From the NCBI GenBank assembly GCA_040357565.1, contig JBDODJ010000040.1: DNA of 64,000 nucleotides. One strand, 5' to 3'. This DNA comes from Cercozoa sp. M6MM. Lineage: Eukaryota; Protista; Endomyxa: Ascetosporea. A program made the position numbers and the translations under genes. Shown one piece after another: positions 25,798 through 38,652 of this stretch. Every line of letters begins with the position of its first letter. Within the stretch, counting starts at the first letter, position 1. The notes under the pieces are model-generated. The model saw only the letters and a list, made by a program, of their open reading frames with translations. It ran no database searches and had not been told where the DNA came from.

Positions 25798-27850
25798 ACG
25801 AATAGATTTACACTCTCAGGGCGACAGTTCGCCATACTTTTTGCGACATTCTCCTGACACGACACGATTATAGCATTAAAAAGACAACAACTGGAGCACG
25901 TTGAATTTCGATTGCACCAGCTCCTTATCCACTTCCTCGTCTGCTGTCTGTCAGTGTAAATGAAAATCACTTAAGGGTAACCATGAGACACACAACTGAA
26001 TGAAAGTGCAGGTCAATCGTACACGCTTGGAGAGTTCGCCGCGGGAGATGAGATCGAAGCTACGGAGTAGCTCGCTGAGCGGCCCAATCAGTCGTTCCAT
26101 GGAAGACTCCTGGCACCGCAGTTCTTCTCCCTGTAAAATATACTACGTGCAGTAGACGTAAAACCTGGAAGAACAACCAAATTAACAAGCATCACAAGAA
26201 GCAATAGACCGTTGCGAGAATCATGCGTGTGAGTGCGCTGCGGCAAGCGGTTTCAGAGGTGTACCTACATAAGCAATCGAGTATTAAGTTTAGAGCTACT
26301 ATGTTATTCTAAATGTGCGCAGGCAAAGATACTCGCGACCAAAGGAGCTGGCCTGCGCGGTGGCCTCGTCGAGCGCCTCTTTGATACAGCGCGCCAATGC
26401 CGGCATCGTGTCCTGCACTCGACGCAACTGTAGCGACGCCAGCAATCGCGCCAGCGCCGGGATTCCCTTCGACTCTGGCTGCAAGTGCTTCAATTCTGTT
26501 CACATTACAACTTAAACTTAACGGCACAAAGGTTGTACAGGTTTTGCGTAAAACACAATGGCGCAAAGCGTGTGCGAATAGTTAACTAATTTACCGGAAC
26601 GGGTGGTGAATAGCTCCGCTTCAAGGCGCCGCACGTCATCCATCGAGACACCTTCTTCGATTTCGCTCTGCGAGCGGCAGCGAACGGCGACACAGCCGAG
26701 CACGCTGCTCTTGCCGAAGTCTCCCTGAATTAGTATATTTTATACGAGCAGCGGAACCCACGTACACGCCAAGTAAGTTCCCGCTCGTTACATCAAGCAT
26801 AGCCTCAAGTTCGCGCTTGATGTCCCGATTCTTCTCGAGGAGGTCGCACTTGGTCAGAACAGCCAGTGTGCGTTCCCCTAAATTTATAATACAGCGCACA
26901 TCAGTAAGTTTAAAACACTGTTGAGGAAACCGATGATATGATAAATCTGTCTGTTTACCCGTGGGGTCGACACGACGCGACATGCGCAACGACTCCGACG
27001 TGGAAAGGTCGACATTCGCAGGCATTACGTTGAGAATGATAGTGCTGCTTGGAGTGATGTACGTCTCGATAAGCGCAGTCACTTGCTCGTAGATGTCCTC
27101 CGGTTGTTCCTCGACTGTCGTTCCGCATCATAGTGGAACGAATAGTTACGAAAACACCCGAGTAGGAAAGTTGAAATTCACCTGGGTTGCGCGTGATGCC
27201 CGGCAAGTCGATCAATGTCAGGTCGGGGACACCTTGACGGTACAATGTGAGTTTCAACTCTCGAGCAGAGACGCCCTTTTTGTCACCAGCAACCTTATCG
27301 GTGAGATGCGCGATAGCGGTTCCAATTTCCTCAATAGATAGCTCCTTTGAGCACCAACAAACCACATAATCTCTGTGCAAAGCAAACAGCTTCTAAGTAA
27401 ATGCAAACAACTTCAAAGTCAGCACTGGCTTCAACTTCATCTGCTTGTCCGTTCGGAGCTGCACGCAACTGCGCATATTCTTTTTGTCCTTCTTGGATGC
27501 AGACGAGGCGCAGCACCAGCGGACACCTGTACCCAAGTTGAGTCAGCGTCTGGATGCCCGAAGACTCAAGAACAAGGAAGTACCGAGTGACGATGCCTCG
27601 TCCTCGCGGCAGTGCGACTCCGCTCAGTGCTTCGAGCACGGAAGACTTACCGCTCGATTGATCGCCAACCTAAGTTTACCCAGAGCCAGAGTGACAATAA
27701 CTTACACTCCAATCCAAGCTCTCGGAGACGTACCACGGCGATGCTCGGAAGTTGAACGCTAGGGTCACCACTCGCTGCAATGTGGTCGCGTAGACGGTCC
27801 ACAGTGTCCAAGACGCCACGAATATTGTTTGTTTTGTCAAAAAGTGACAT
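24471..27850 (-). CDS. Dynamin-superfamily GTPase, Mx-like, with atypical C-terminus
   Basis: [64 protein letters not shown], then a helical middle region. Frame-consistent splicing reaches TGA at 24471; an alternative stop at 24633 is possible. Confidence 0.9.
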
Positions 27851-28116
27851 GGTAGGAGAACTCGGAAGTCAAGAGAGCGGAGACACTGCTAAAGCGGCGA
27901 ATTCGTTTTGTACCGTTGTGAAGTGAAGGTGAAAACAACTAACTGAACAAATTGGAGTGAAGCTCTGTTTCCTAACTGGGCGTATGACAATGTCCGAGAG
28001 CAAAATAAGCTGTCTGGTTCCGCTTGGTTCTGCTTCGAGTCCAACCGGACCGAAGGTCCGAGTCTTGCCTCTAAGTTGCGCATGCGGTCGAATGTATTCA
28101 TGGATCACGTCAGTCA

Positions 28117-29152
28117 AGTTAGTTAGTTGAGTCTTGCGCCAGTCCGGGGGGTGGGTCACAAGAGCATGGCCGTGTCTACCGCCCGCTTAGACCATACAAC
28201 TCCCCCTTTTGACGTTCCCCAGACAACGAAGTCGACTTCATGGTAGGTGCAGGTGGTGGCTACAAGTAGAGAGGTCGTGGGCGGCGTCGGGTCGTCCTGT
28301 CGTCGTCCTCCCGTCCTTTCACTCGAAAACTAAACTTAAACAAAACTAACAAACGTAGATTAGGGTCACCACTGCTATGAGTGGTGGCCTAGTCTATGTC
28401 GGGGACCTCTCGGTCCGGTGCCTGCTGGGAGGCTGGTCGTCCTTCGACGGTTGCTTCCTCGTCCCAGGATATCTTGATTCCTTGGTGCATCCTTGACGTT
28501 GCTAGGTTTTCAGGGTTGGCCAGCATGTCTTCGATTGTGCGCCATTGAGCCGCGTTGGTGCTGTTTCTGATAACTTCCGTTACCTTGAATTTCAGCAATC
28601 GGTAATACGTGTCGAGAGTGTCTTCGGCATTTCCCAGGTACCCGCGCAGTCGGGGTACTCGTTTAATTCGCGTTTTTGGAGTCGGTGTCTGCATTACTTG
28701 CAGTTGGGAGTCCTAAACCTGCCTCTGGCATTGCATTCATTGCATTTTCGCGGTTTTTGGGCATAGTTGTAGTACTTGAAGCTTCCAAGTCTGTTGCAGA
28801 GGAATCTTGAGAGTGCAGAATGTCCGGTCTGCCACAGCAGTTTGTCTGAGTTCTTGATATGTTTACAGGTGATGTATGTTTATAGTAGAGCTCTGACTCT
28901 TGAGAGGGCGATTCGGATCTTTGCCTTTCAGTTTCTCCTGTGGCTGTTCCTTCCTTTCTTAGCTTCTTTGTCTGCGAGTTCGTCGAGATGAAGGTGTGTG
29001 GTACCCAGTGTACCGTGATGTGCATGTCCTTTGTCAGTTCCTTCAGCTGTGCATCAATCTCATCCATCTCTGTTTTTAGGTGTTGTCAGGTGTAGGACTG
29101 TTCCTTTGTTGTCAATCAGGAGCGATACGGGTTTCTCCTTTTTCTGTAGCAT
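28117..29152 (-). mobile_element. 5'-truncated, frameshifted non-LTR retrotransposon remnant (RNase H + Cys-rich C-terminus + 3' UTR with AACT-repeat tail)
   Basis: Intronless. RNase H motifs VSLLIDNKGTVLHL and ITVHWVPH...DELADKEAKKG across frameshifts, then LWQTGHSALSRFLCNRLG...CNEC...PDC with an in-frame stop. ORF stop at 28389; ends GACTCAACTAACTAACT. Confidence 0.8.
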
Positions 29153-29345
29153 TGCCGGTGATACAATAAACGAAGGAACGTAAGAATGGCCAAGTGTCAG
29201 TTTGAAATTGCGAGTTACCAACGGTTTAGTTGGGCAACAAAGCACATGTGGACGGGAAAGACACCCGTCAGATGTTATTGTTGAGTGTGGCTTCGGCGCG
29301 GATACAGTAGATCATGCTGTAACAACTAGCGTAGTAGCTGATGTG
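29152..29345 (+). repeat. Dispersed intergenic repeat, related to 40651-40840
   Basis: TTGCCGGTGATACAATAAACGAAGGAACGTAAG (29152-29184) vs TTGCCAGTGATACAAAAAAACACGAAGGAACGTAAG (40651-40686), with patchy colinear similarity beyond. Confidence 0.55.
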
Positions 29346-29461
29346 AACCGAACGTATTCGGGCGGTGCGCGACGGTACAGTAACGTAACTGGATCGGATA
29401 GGTCCAATATCGTATGGTTAGATAATCAACCAGACTGCAGTCACCACTGCAGCAGTTCCCT

Positions 29462-32035
29462 TCAAGAAAGAACAATGACTGGTGAGTCGAAGTCGTCGAA
29501 GGCACGTGCACTGTCGCCATTGATCACGGCATGGTTGAGGTGCTGCTGGCGGGTGTCTTTCGGTGCTTCGGAATTGCCACCGGTACTGTCCGCGCGGACA
29601 GCAGAAATGTGACCGTCCAGAGAGGACTGCGAGGTCAGCAGCGACACTTGCCGAGTGACGTCCTCCTTGCTTCGCACGTTGACGGTTGGAATGATCGTCT
29701 TGGGTTGCAGCGACTTTACACAGTCTCGCAACTCGCCAAAGGAACTGCTCCGAAGGGTAAAGGAGTAGGGGGGCAGGGGGTAAAAAGCTAGAGAAACCTA
29801 CGAGTGCTCCGAGTACGGCACATCGTAGATGAGCAGGCGTCCGTTCAATGCGCTCTGCAGGGTAAGAGAGGGGTATAAGAGAGGGGAGTACGAGAGGGGT
29901 AAGAGGAGGTAAGAGAGGGAGTAAGAAAGGGGTAAACAGGCGGTAAAGCAAGCACCCGACAGCGCATGCGCTGAGTCCAGCCAGTGGGTCGGAAGGCGCA
30001 CAGAACGCGAAAGCGGCGCTGCAGTCGATCGAACTCGGCGCTGAGTGACTTGGTGCTGAGGTCACTCATGCCGACCACGCGCACCGTGGCCTCCTTCTTG
30101 TCCGCGCGGAAGGCCTCGTCGAACTCTTGCTCTGCCACCGTACATACGCACTCTTCAATATCTCCTTTACCCTCTCCTTTACCCTCTGTTGCCCTCTTCT
30201 TTACCCCCTCTGTTGCCCTCTTCTTTACCCCCTCTGTTTCCCTCCTCTTTACCCCCTCTGTTGCCCTCTCTACCCCCTCTACTGATACCCCCATAGTACC
30301 AGAAGGAAACAGCTCGAGCATGCGCAGCACGGCGACTTTCGACGGCTTGGCCCACAGCTTGAGTTTCTCCGTTTGCGCCACCGACATGAAGACTCGCCTG
30401 GGTGGGGGTGGGAGGAGTAAGAAGGGGATAAGGGAAGGGAGGTACAACAGACTCACTCCTTGCCGATGAGGTAGGTGCCAAAGTAGAAACACACGCGTGT
30501 GCGACCGTGCTGCTGCAGCAGTCGGCCACACTCTTGCCTCACGCGCTCTATCATCTGGGGGTGGGGTAAGATGGGGGTCAGAAGGGTAAGATGAGGGTAA
30601 GAGAGGAGGGATCTGATGGGGGGTAAGATGGGGGATATATGACACTGCCTGTTACTTCAGACTGACTGGGAAATCGATGCTTTGGCGCACAGTACGTCGT
30701 GTCCACTGTTTGGACGGGAGTAAAGGGAGGGGGTAGAGGGTAGAAGGGTAGAAGGGTAGAAGGTAGGTAGAGGATAGAAGGTGGGTAAAGCCACAGTAGA
30801 GCGTGTCGATGCGTCCCACAAACGATTTCAGTTTCGGCAGCATCAGTTCGCTGCTCCACCGAAAGTCGCCTGTGTGCAACTACTCGAGGGGGTAGACAGG
30901 AGTAAACAGGCGGGGGGGGGGTAGGGGGTACAATGACGCGACCGTCAGCCAGCTGAAAGAGCAGCAGACAGGCGCCCGGACAGTGATTGGCCTCCAGCAA
31001 GGTGACACTGTCGTTAGTGCCTCGGATCACGTGCCGCATGTTCATACGTAGCACTCGCAGGCGACTCTGCATACACGTTTACCCCCAACTTACCTCCATC
31101 TTACCCTCTTTGTCCCCTCCGCCTCTATGTAAAGGTACCTCGACATGCGGGAAGTGGTGCAGCACGAGGCGCGCCGTGATGGGACTGCACAGCAGCGTGC
31201 CTTCGTTGCCGGCGTTGGGCGACGTCTGCTCGATGGCGAAGTGCGCTTCCAGACCGCCGTAGTGATCGCTGTCCGTACCCCACATACCCACACATATATA
31301 CATACACATACCTATATATATATATATATATATACTTATTGATATATATATATATATACAGACATACATACCTGTGAAAGTGTGTCAGAAAAAAGCGAGT
31401 CACGGCGTAGCGATGCGATTTCGTGTCCGGCTTATAGCCTGCAGTTTGGGTAATCTGACTCCCCCGTTCTTACTCCTTACCCCTCTTTAACCCGTTTACC
31501 CGCCTACCAAAGGCATCGACGGCATAGCGCGTGCGCGGAATGCGTTTGTGTCCCGGGATGCGGCGACTCTTGAGAGTGGCAAAGAAGGGTCGTTTCTCCT
31601 GTGGTTTCTCATGTGTTTTTTCCTGGCGTTTCTCTTGGCATTTCTCGGGCCGGTTTCCGTTCAGAAGCTGTCGCCACTGCTCGGCCACCGAGATGCTGCG
31701 ACCGTCTGACTTGTCCGTGGCCTTGTCCTTGTCCCTGTGCTTGGACTTGTCCTTGCTGTTGCTGTTGTTGTTTTCGCTCTTGTTTTTGTTGGTCACAGAA
31801 ACTACTTCCTTTGGAAAGAAGTCGAACAGAGTCGCACCGCCATTGTCGCGCTTTCGTGCGCGTCCGCGCGGAGGTGCTTTGGACTGCTTCACCTGTGCGA
31901 GATGTGGGTGACAGATACAGCCAACTCCCTCCCACGTATCTGCAGTACCTGGGACACAGGCACCAAGGCTGACGCTGCCTTGGTGATCCTGCGGCGTTTC
32001 GCTGCCCTCGTGTCTCGCCTCGCGTCTCGTCTCAT
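29462..32035 (-). CDS. SNM1: SNM1/PSO2 (DCLRE1A)-family metallo-beta-lactamase/beta-CASP nuclease
   Basis: YAVDAF, FFLTHFH-SDHYGGL, LEANHCPGA, HTGDFR, DTTY, GTYLIGKERVF, FRPTGW and [29 protein letters not shown]. Confidence 0.92.
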
Positions 32036-32322
32036 GGCACTCAGCACTAGACGCCAAAGTTTCCCAAAAAAGAGCGCGAACTTCCCTCCTGCACCGCAAT
32101 CAGAGACGATTGAGCCGCTCAATAACTTAGACAAACAATCTAAGATACAAACACACGCGGACACTAGCCGATGCTTTAATACGCCGCCTAAAACGCAATT
32201 CGCCGCCAGTCCAAAAAACAAAAGATAAAAAATAATCGATCTAGCCTAAATGTGAACGGCCACTCATATTCTGGGTTAGTGGCAATCTGTGGACACTATA
32301 AACGGAATTTATACCTCAGTAT

Positions 32323-35300
32323 ATGTCAGCTTCTCGCCGACACCCCGGTACAATCAACAAAGGCATCGCCATATTTGAAGAGGGAGAGAGGCCAATGCTG
32401 CATGCAGGCGAGTTGCGGGGTCAGCACGGACGCGAGGAGATCGGAATCGCGCCGCCGCAACTCACCGATACGGAGATCGAGCAGCTACATGGGATTCTCA
32501 TGAAGGTAGAGAGGGTAGATCGGAGTCGAAGTAGGTCACCTTGTGTGTGTGTGTGGGTAGTTAATTCCCTACGGCAGCGAGATGCCGCTGCGTCAGCTCG
32601 CGGAAAGCACGCGACAGTTGGCGTACAAAAAAGGCGGCGACATGCTGGTCACGTTCAAGCGACTGGGCGAGCAGCAGCGCGTGGAGGCGCTGCGACAGGC
32701 GCTCAAGCGGCCGCTGCTGCTGTGCGACTTCTTCACTCTCGGCGGCACCGGCGGTGTGCGGGTAGTCCTAGTTTTACCGCTTCTTTACCTCCTCTTTTTG
32801 CCCCTCTTTGCCTCCTCTTTTTGTCCCCTCTTTACCTCCCTTCTCATTTACCTCCCCATTTACCCCCACCCCGGACACAGGTGCGAAAGCGGCAGCTGAA
32901 TGTGCGTGCTTTACGCTCGACTATTCTGGCGCTGCTGCGACGTCGACCAGAGTAGATTCTTACTCCCCATTTTACCCCTCTTTACACCCCTCTTTACCCC
33001 CTCTTTACCCCTTTACTCCATGCAGAGGACTTCTGGTGCCCGAGTTTGAACGCATTTTGCGCGAATTCTTGGTACTTTGGCTTTACCCCTGTTTACCCCC
33101 CTGTTTACCCCCTGTTCATCCCCATTTTTATCCCTCTGTTTACCCCTGTTTACTCTTGCTCTCGTTTACCTCCCCCCCCCCGTTTACACCCTCCCCATTT
33201 ACGCCCTCCCCGTTTACGCCCTCCCCGTTTGCCCCTTGGGCAGTTGCAGATACTACCGGTTGAGCACGCGCACGAAGCGTCGCAGCTGCGACTGCAGTGC
33301 TGCGGACTGCGTGCGTTCCGTTTTACCCCCCTTTTAACCTCCTTTACCCTTTTTACCCCTTTAACCCGCACTTAACCCCTTTGTTGTTGTGCAGTAGCTG
33401 TCGAATCGCTGCCGGAGCATGTCGGTGATTTCATTCGTTTGGATAGGAATAAAGGTAGCACTGTTCTTAATTCTTGTCACTTTCACCCCCTTACCCTCTT
33501 TGCCTCCTTTACCTCCACTACCCTCCTTTACCCCCTTTACCCTCTTGCGCAGTGTTTCCACAGTCCAAGAAGCGAATCAGCGAGTGGAAAAAGGAGTTCT
33601 ATGGCGAGCCAGTGCCGCTGAAACAGGTCGGTTCATTTCTGGTCCATTTTGGACGGTCTATTTGTACCAGTGTACATTTTAATCGGTCCATTTGTCCAGA
33701 TTAAAATTACTCCAAGAAGATCCAAGGTCAAGAATTTCGTTTTTTTCGATACCGAAATCATCGTCGAAGAGACGCCGGTCGAGGTGCTTTTATATACCCC
33801 CTTCACCCCTCCTTTACCCCTTTTACCCCCCTCCTTTGCCACCTTTTACTCCTTCCTTCATCCTCTCTTTCCCCCTCTTACCTCCCGTACCCCACTTTAA
33901 CCCCATGGCAGAAACTGACGCAGCTGTTGTCAGCCATTCGCGCGGCTCTGCTGGATCGAAAGTACCGTTTACCCCCCTGTTTACCCCCTTTACCCCTGCC
34001 CCTTGACCCCCTTCGATTAGTAGAGCACCGATCGGCGCCGTATTGGAGAGCATGTCGAGAAAGCTCGGCGACAGGAGTCGCGAGTTCTGCAGCTCAATCT
34101 TTAGTATGTTGTGGCCACAGTAGGTGTGGCTACAGGGTGTGGACAGCGGGTGTGGCTACAAATATCAAGGGGGTGTGTGTAGACAAGAAGTTGAGCAACG
34201 ACATGGAGGCGGTGCGCGAGTTGAGTCGGCGTCTCCCGTGTCTCGAGTTGAGTCGCAGCGACGAGCTGCTGCTGCTGCTACCCATGTCCTGCTACGACTA
34301 CCTGGTGCTTTACCCCCTGCTTACCCCTCCCCCCTGGCAGAGCCCCGGGCGTACTCCCCGTGTCTTACCCCCCCCCCGCCGGCAGAGTCACTTGGTGTCC
34401 TTGTGCCTGACGCTGCAGTCGCCTGTGAAACTGACTGATGTAAGACCTACCCCTTGACCCCCTTGTTACCCCTTGACCCCTTGTTACCCCTTGACCCCCT
34501 TGTTACCCCTTTGTAACTCCCAGTTGTGCCGGGCCTACACGGCGCTGGTGGGCCTAGACGTGGCACATGCGACGCCACTGGAACTCGTGGCGACCGGTGG
34601 CTGCTCGGTGGATGTGCAGGGTCTGGTGCGTGCCGCCGGTGTGGTGCCGCCGCTGGATACACTGCGCGTGCTGACCAAGTGTACCCCCCCCCATTCTCCA
34701 TCTATACACTCCCTTGATTTCCATCTTTACCCCCTATTTATCTCCCTCTTTACCCCTCTCTTTACCCCCCTCTCTTTACCTCTCTTTACCCCTCTATCGT
34801 TACATTCACCTTTGCTTGACCCCTTTCTACCCCTCTCTACCTGTCTTGACCTCCCTCTTTGCCCCCTCTTGACCTCCCTCTTTGCCCCCCTCTTGACCCC
34901 GCTCTTAACCCCGTCCGACAGCGTCGTTCTCGACGTTTCCACGGTGGATTTCGGACACACTGTCGCCACCGTGGGCCTCGCTGCTGCAGCTGCTGATTCA
35001 ACACATGGCCGGCTGCTGCACCGTTGAGCATGTACCCTCCTTTACCCTCTCTTTCCCCTTCTTTACCCCCTTTTTANNNNNNNNNNNNNNNNNNNNNNNN
35101 NNNNNNNNNNNNNNNNNNNNNNNNNNNNNNNNNNNNNNNNNNNNNNNNNNNNNNNNNNNNNNNNNNNNNNNNNNNNCCCCCCCCCCCACCTTACCCCTTT
35201 ATCCCCTCCCCACCTTACCCCTTCACCCCCCCCCCAGCTGCCGCAGCTGTTCGGCGTGTCGGAGTGGCCGCAGGTGGCGCAGAACGCCGCCGATTTTCTG

Positions 35301-38300
35301 GTGTACGCCAACAACACACTGGCCGTGCGGCCGGAGTTTGCGCTGGTGGTGGCGCGTCAGACAGGTACTTTGGTGTCTCCGCGGATGGGTATGGGTGTCC
35401 GCGCGGACACGCTGTTGCTGTAGCGACCGCGCGGAAGCTGCTGCAGCGGGCGGGTGGCTCGCTGGCGTTGTCGCAGTGGCAGTACGTGTGGCAACAGGAG
35501 ACAGGGTCGCCCATGCACGTGCCCATCACGCGACTGTGCGCACGGCGGTACCTTTTGACTCAGTCAGTGAGTGACTCGGTGAGTGAGTGAGTCAGTGAGT
35601 GAGTCAGTGAGTGAGTTGACACGTGTGCGATCACTCACTGGACACGTGGTGGCAGGGGCGATCTGCTGTCCATCTACGTGAGTGCCATGCCGTTCGTCGA
35701 AGTGACAGGCGACACGGTCTCGCTCGTCGTCGGTCCGCACACGCGCAAGGACTTCCCGTTCGGCTTGGCCTTGTGTGTCGAGTTTTACCCCCCCCCCTCC
35801 GTTTACCCTCCCCTACCCCGTTACCCCTACCCTCTACCCCTACTCTATTACCCCCCCCCCTCTACCTCCAAACCCCCTTTACCCTCATCTTTACCCCCTC
35901 CTCCATCTTATCCCCCCATATAGTCCAAAGTGTCCAAAATGGCAAGGCCTAGTGACAGAGTTCAGTCGCGACGGATGTTCGCTGCAGCTGCAGGTAGCCC
36001 CCTTTCCCCTGCCCCCTTACCCCTTACCTCTTACCCCTTACTCCTTACCCCTTACCCCTACACCTTACCCCCTGCCCCCTTTACCCCCCTGTGATGTAGG
36101 CCGAGTTGGCCAAGTGCGTGTTTCGCGTGTTTGAGCACTTTGGCTCTCTGCGTGTGGAGCGCGACGTTTTCTTCGTATACCCCCTTTATCCCTTTGCCCT
36201 CTTTATCCCCTAACCCCCCCCCCCCCGACAGAGCACATACTACCACCTGCACGGCGGGCGACTGGAGGACGCGTGTGAACGCGTCTACGGACACCGCGAC
36301 GTCGTGCGCGCGCTCTTGTTCGTGCGGCAGATTCGTACCCCCCTCTTTACCCCCTCTTTACCCCTCTCTTTCTTTACCCCTCTTTACCCCCCTCTTTGCT
36401 CCCCTCGTTACTCCCCTATTTACCCCTCTTTACCCCCCCTCTTTACCCCCCTGTTGCAGACGACATACTGGAGTGCGTGTGTGTGATGGACATTGCCACG
36501 GTGGAGCAGGTGCTGCGCCGGGCGCTTAGTGATGTAGTTTACCCCCCCCCCACCCCCACCCTCGCCTTTACTCCCCGTGTACGGACAGTATCCGAACGTG
36601 CGCGAGGATTTGCTGGACAGTGTTTTCTGCGCTTTGACCGGACGTTTCTTGTTCGCCGACTCGCCCTTCGAGCAGTGGTCGCTCGGCACGGTGGTTCGTT
36701 TGCCCCCCTGTTTACCCCCTTTACCGTCCGTCCTACCCCTCTCCTCTGTTTACCCCTGGACAGAGACACGACGTCGCGAGAGAGCTCGTGGAGAAAACGA
36801 TAATTTTCGACGGTTTTTTCTTCTCCGAGCCGCTGCCGGTCAAGGTGTGCTGTTTTACCCCCTGCTTACCCCCCTGCTTACCCCTGCTGACCCCCCTGTT
36901 TACCCCCTTATCCCCGGTAGGAACTGCCGCAGCAGAAGCGACGCATGTTGCGTCGGCGACAGCACACGATGCGCTCGCTGCGCAGTGCGTGTTTCTCGGT
37001 GCTACTGTTGTGGCTACACCGACAGGGACAACCAGGACAGACTGGACCAGGACAGACTGGACCAGAACAGGGACAGACTGGACAAGCAACGTCGCAGATT
37101 CTCGCTCAACTGAAGCGTTTGTGTCTGCCCGACTTTAATCTAGTACTTTCTTTTCCCGGTGGGTGGGGGGGGGGGGGGGTAAAACTGGTCTGTGTCTGTG
37201 CAGGAGGCGTGTGGTTTCGAGAGGATGGAGACGCTATTGCAATGGACAGTGGGCGACATTGTCGACCCGTCGCAGGTGCTTTACCCCCTCCCCCGACCCC
37301 TCTCCTTTACCCCCCCCCCATGTCAGGCACCAGAGCGGTGGCTGCTGCGACCGAACTGGCCACAGGTACTACTTGCCTCCTTACTCCCGCTGTCTACCCG
37401 CTGTTTTGCCCCCCCCCCCCCCCCGTTTAACCCTTCTTTCCCCTAGTGTCGCAAGCGAGGTGCAACGCCCCTGTACGCGTCGAAACAATGCGTGCTGTCG
37501 CTGGTACTGCCGGTGCTGCAGGCGCACTGGAGCATGCCTCTGTCGAGACAGCCGCAGAATGTACCCCCACCCTCTTTACCCCTTACGCCCTTTACCCTTA
37601 CCCTCATACCCCCTACAGCAGCAGCAGCTCAGCGAGGACTGGCAGCGGCGACTGTCGCTGGCGCAGCTGCGTCACGTGCTGCGGCAACAGATCGCCGCGT
37701 TCGACGACGTTGCCGTCGAGTGCTTGAGCGACGCGGTTTTACCCCCCTCCCCCCACCCACCCCTTTTACCCCCCTCTTTACCCCCTCCTCTGAGTAGACG
37801 GTAGGCAAGTTGCTGGAGAGCGAGCTGAGCGACTTGAATCTGCGCGTGCATCGCACTGCACAGGGTCTCGTCTTTGTGCCGCTCGTTCCTGTAGCCTTCC
37901 CCCCTCTTTACCCTCCTCTTTACCCTCCTCTTTACCACCTCTTTACCCCCCTCTTTACCCTTCTATTTACCCCTGCCGCAGGAGGTGTCGGCGGAAGAGC
38001 TGTCGAAACGCGAGAGCTTCTTGCGGTGGCTGCTGGGCGAGGTGCGCGCCGCCGTGCTGCGACGCTTCGGAGTGCCGCTGCCGCTGGCGACGCTGGTGCA
38101 GCGACTGCAGGCGACGCCGCCCTTGGACAATGTTCCTGTACCAACACTGAACACATCTATTTATATATATATATATGTATATGCAGTATATATGTATGTA
38201 TATATGTATGTATATGTATGTATATGTGTATGTATATGTATGTATGTCTATGTATATGTATGTATGTATGTACATGTATGTATATGTGTGTATGTTAATG

Positions 38301-38614
38301 TATGTATGTATATGTATGTATGTATGTATGTATGTACATGTATGTATATGTGTGTATGTATATGTATGTATGTATATGTATGGATGTATGTATGTGTATG
38401 TATGTATATGTATGTATTTATATGTATGTATGTATATGTATGTATGTATGTATGTATGTGTATGTATATGTGTATGTATCTGTATATGTCTCTATATATG
38501 TATCTATGTATATGTATCTATGTATGTGTATCTATGTATATGTATCTATGTATATGTATGTATATGTATGTATTTGTATGTATGTATGTATATATATGTA
38601 CGTACGAATGTTGT

Positions 38615-38652
<38 letters not shown>

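Noticed and set aside
30165-30298. CRISPR-like or coding interpretation of the 24-nt repeats
   Set aside because: Tandem repeats without unique spacers, inside a GT-AG intron of SNM1.
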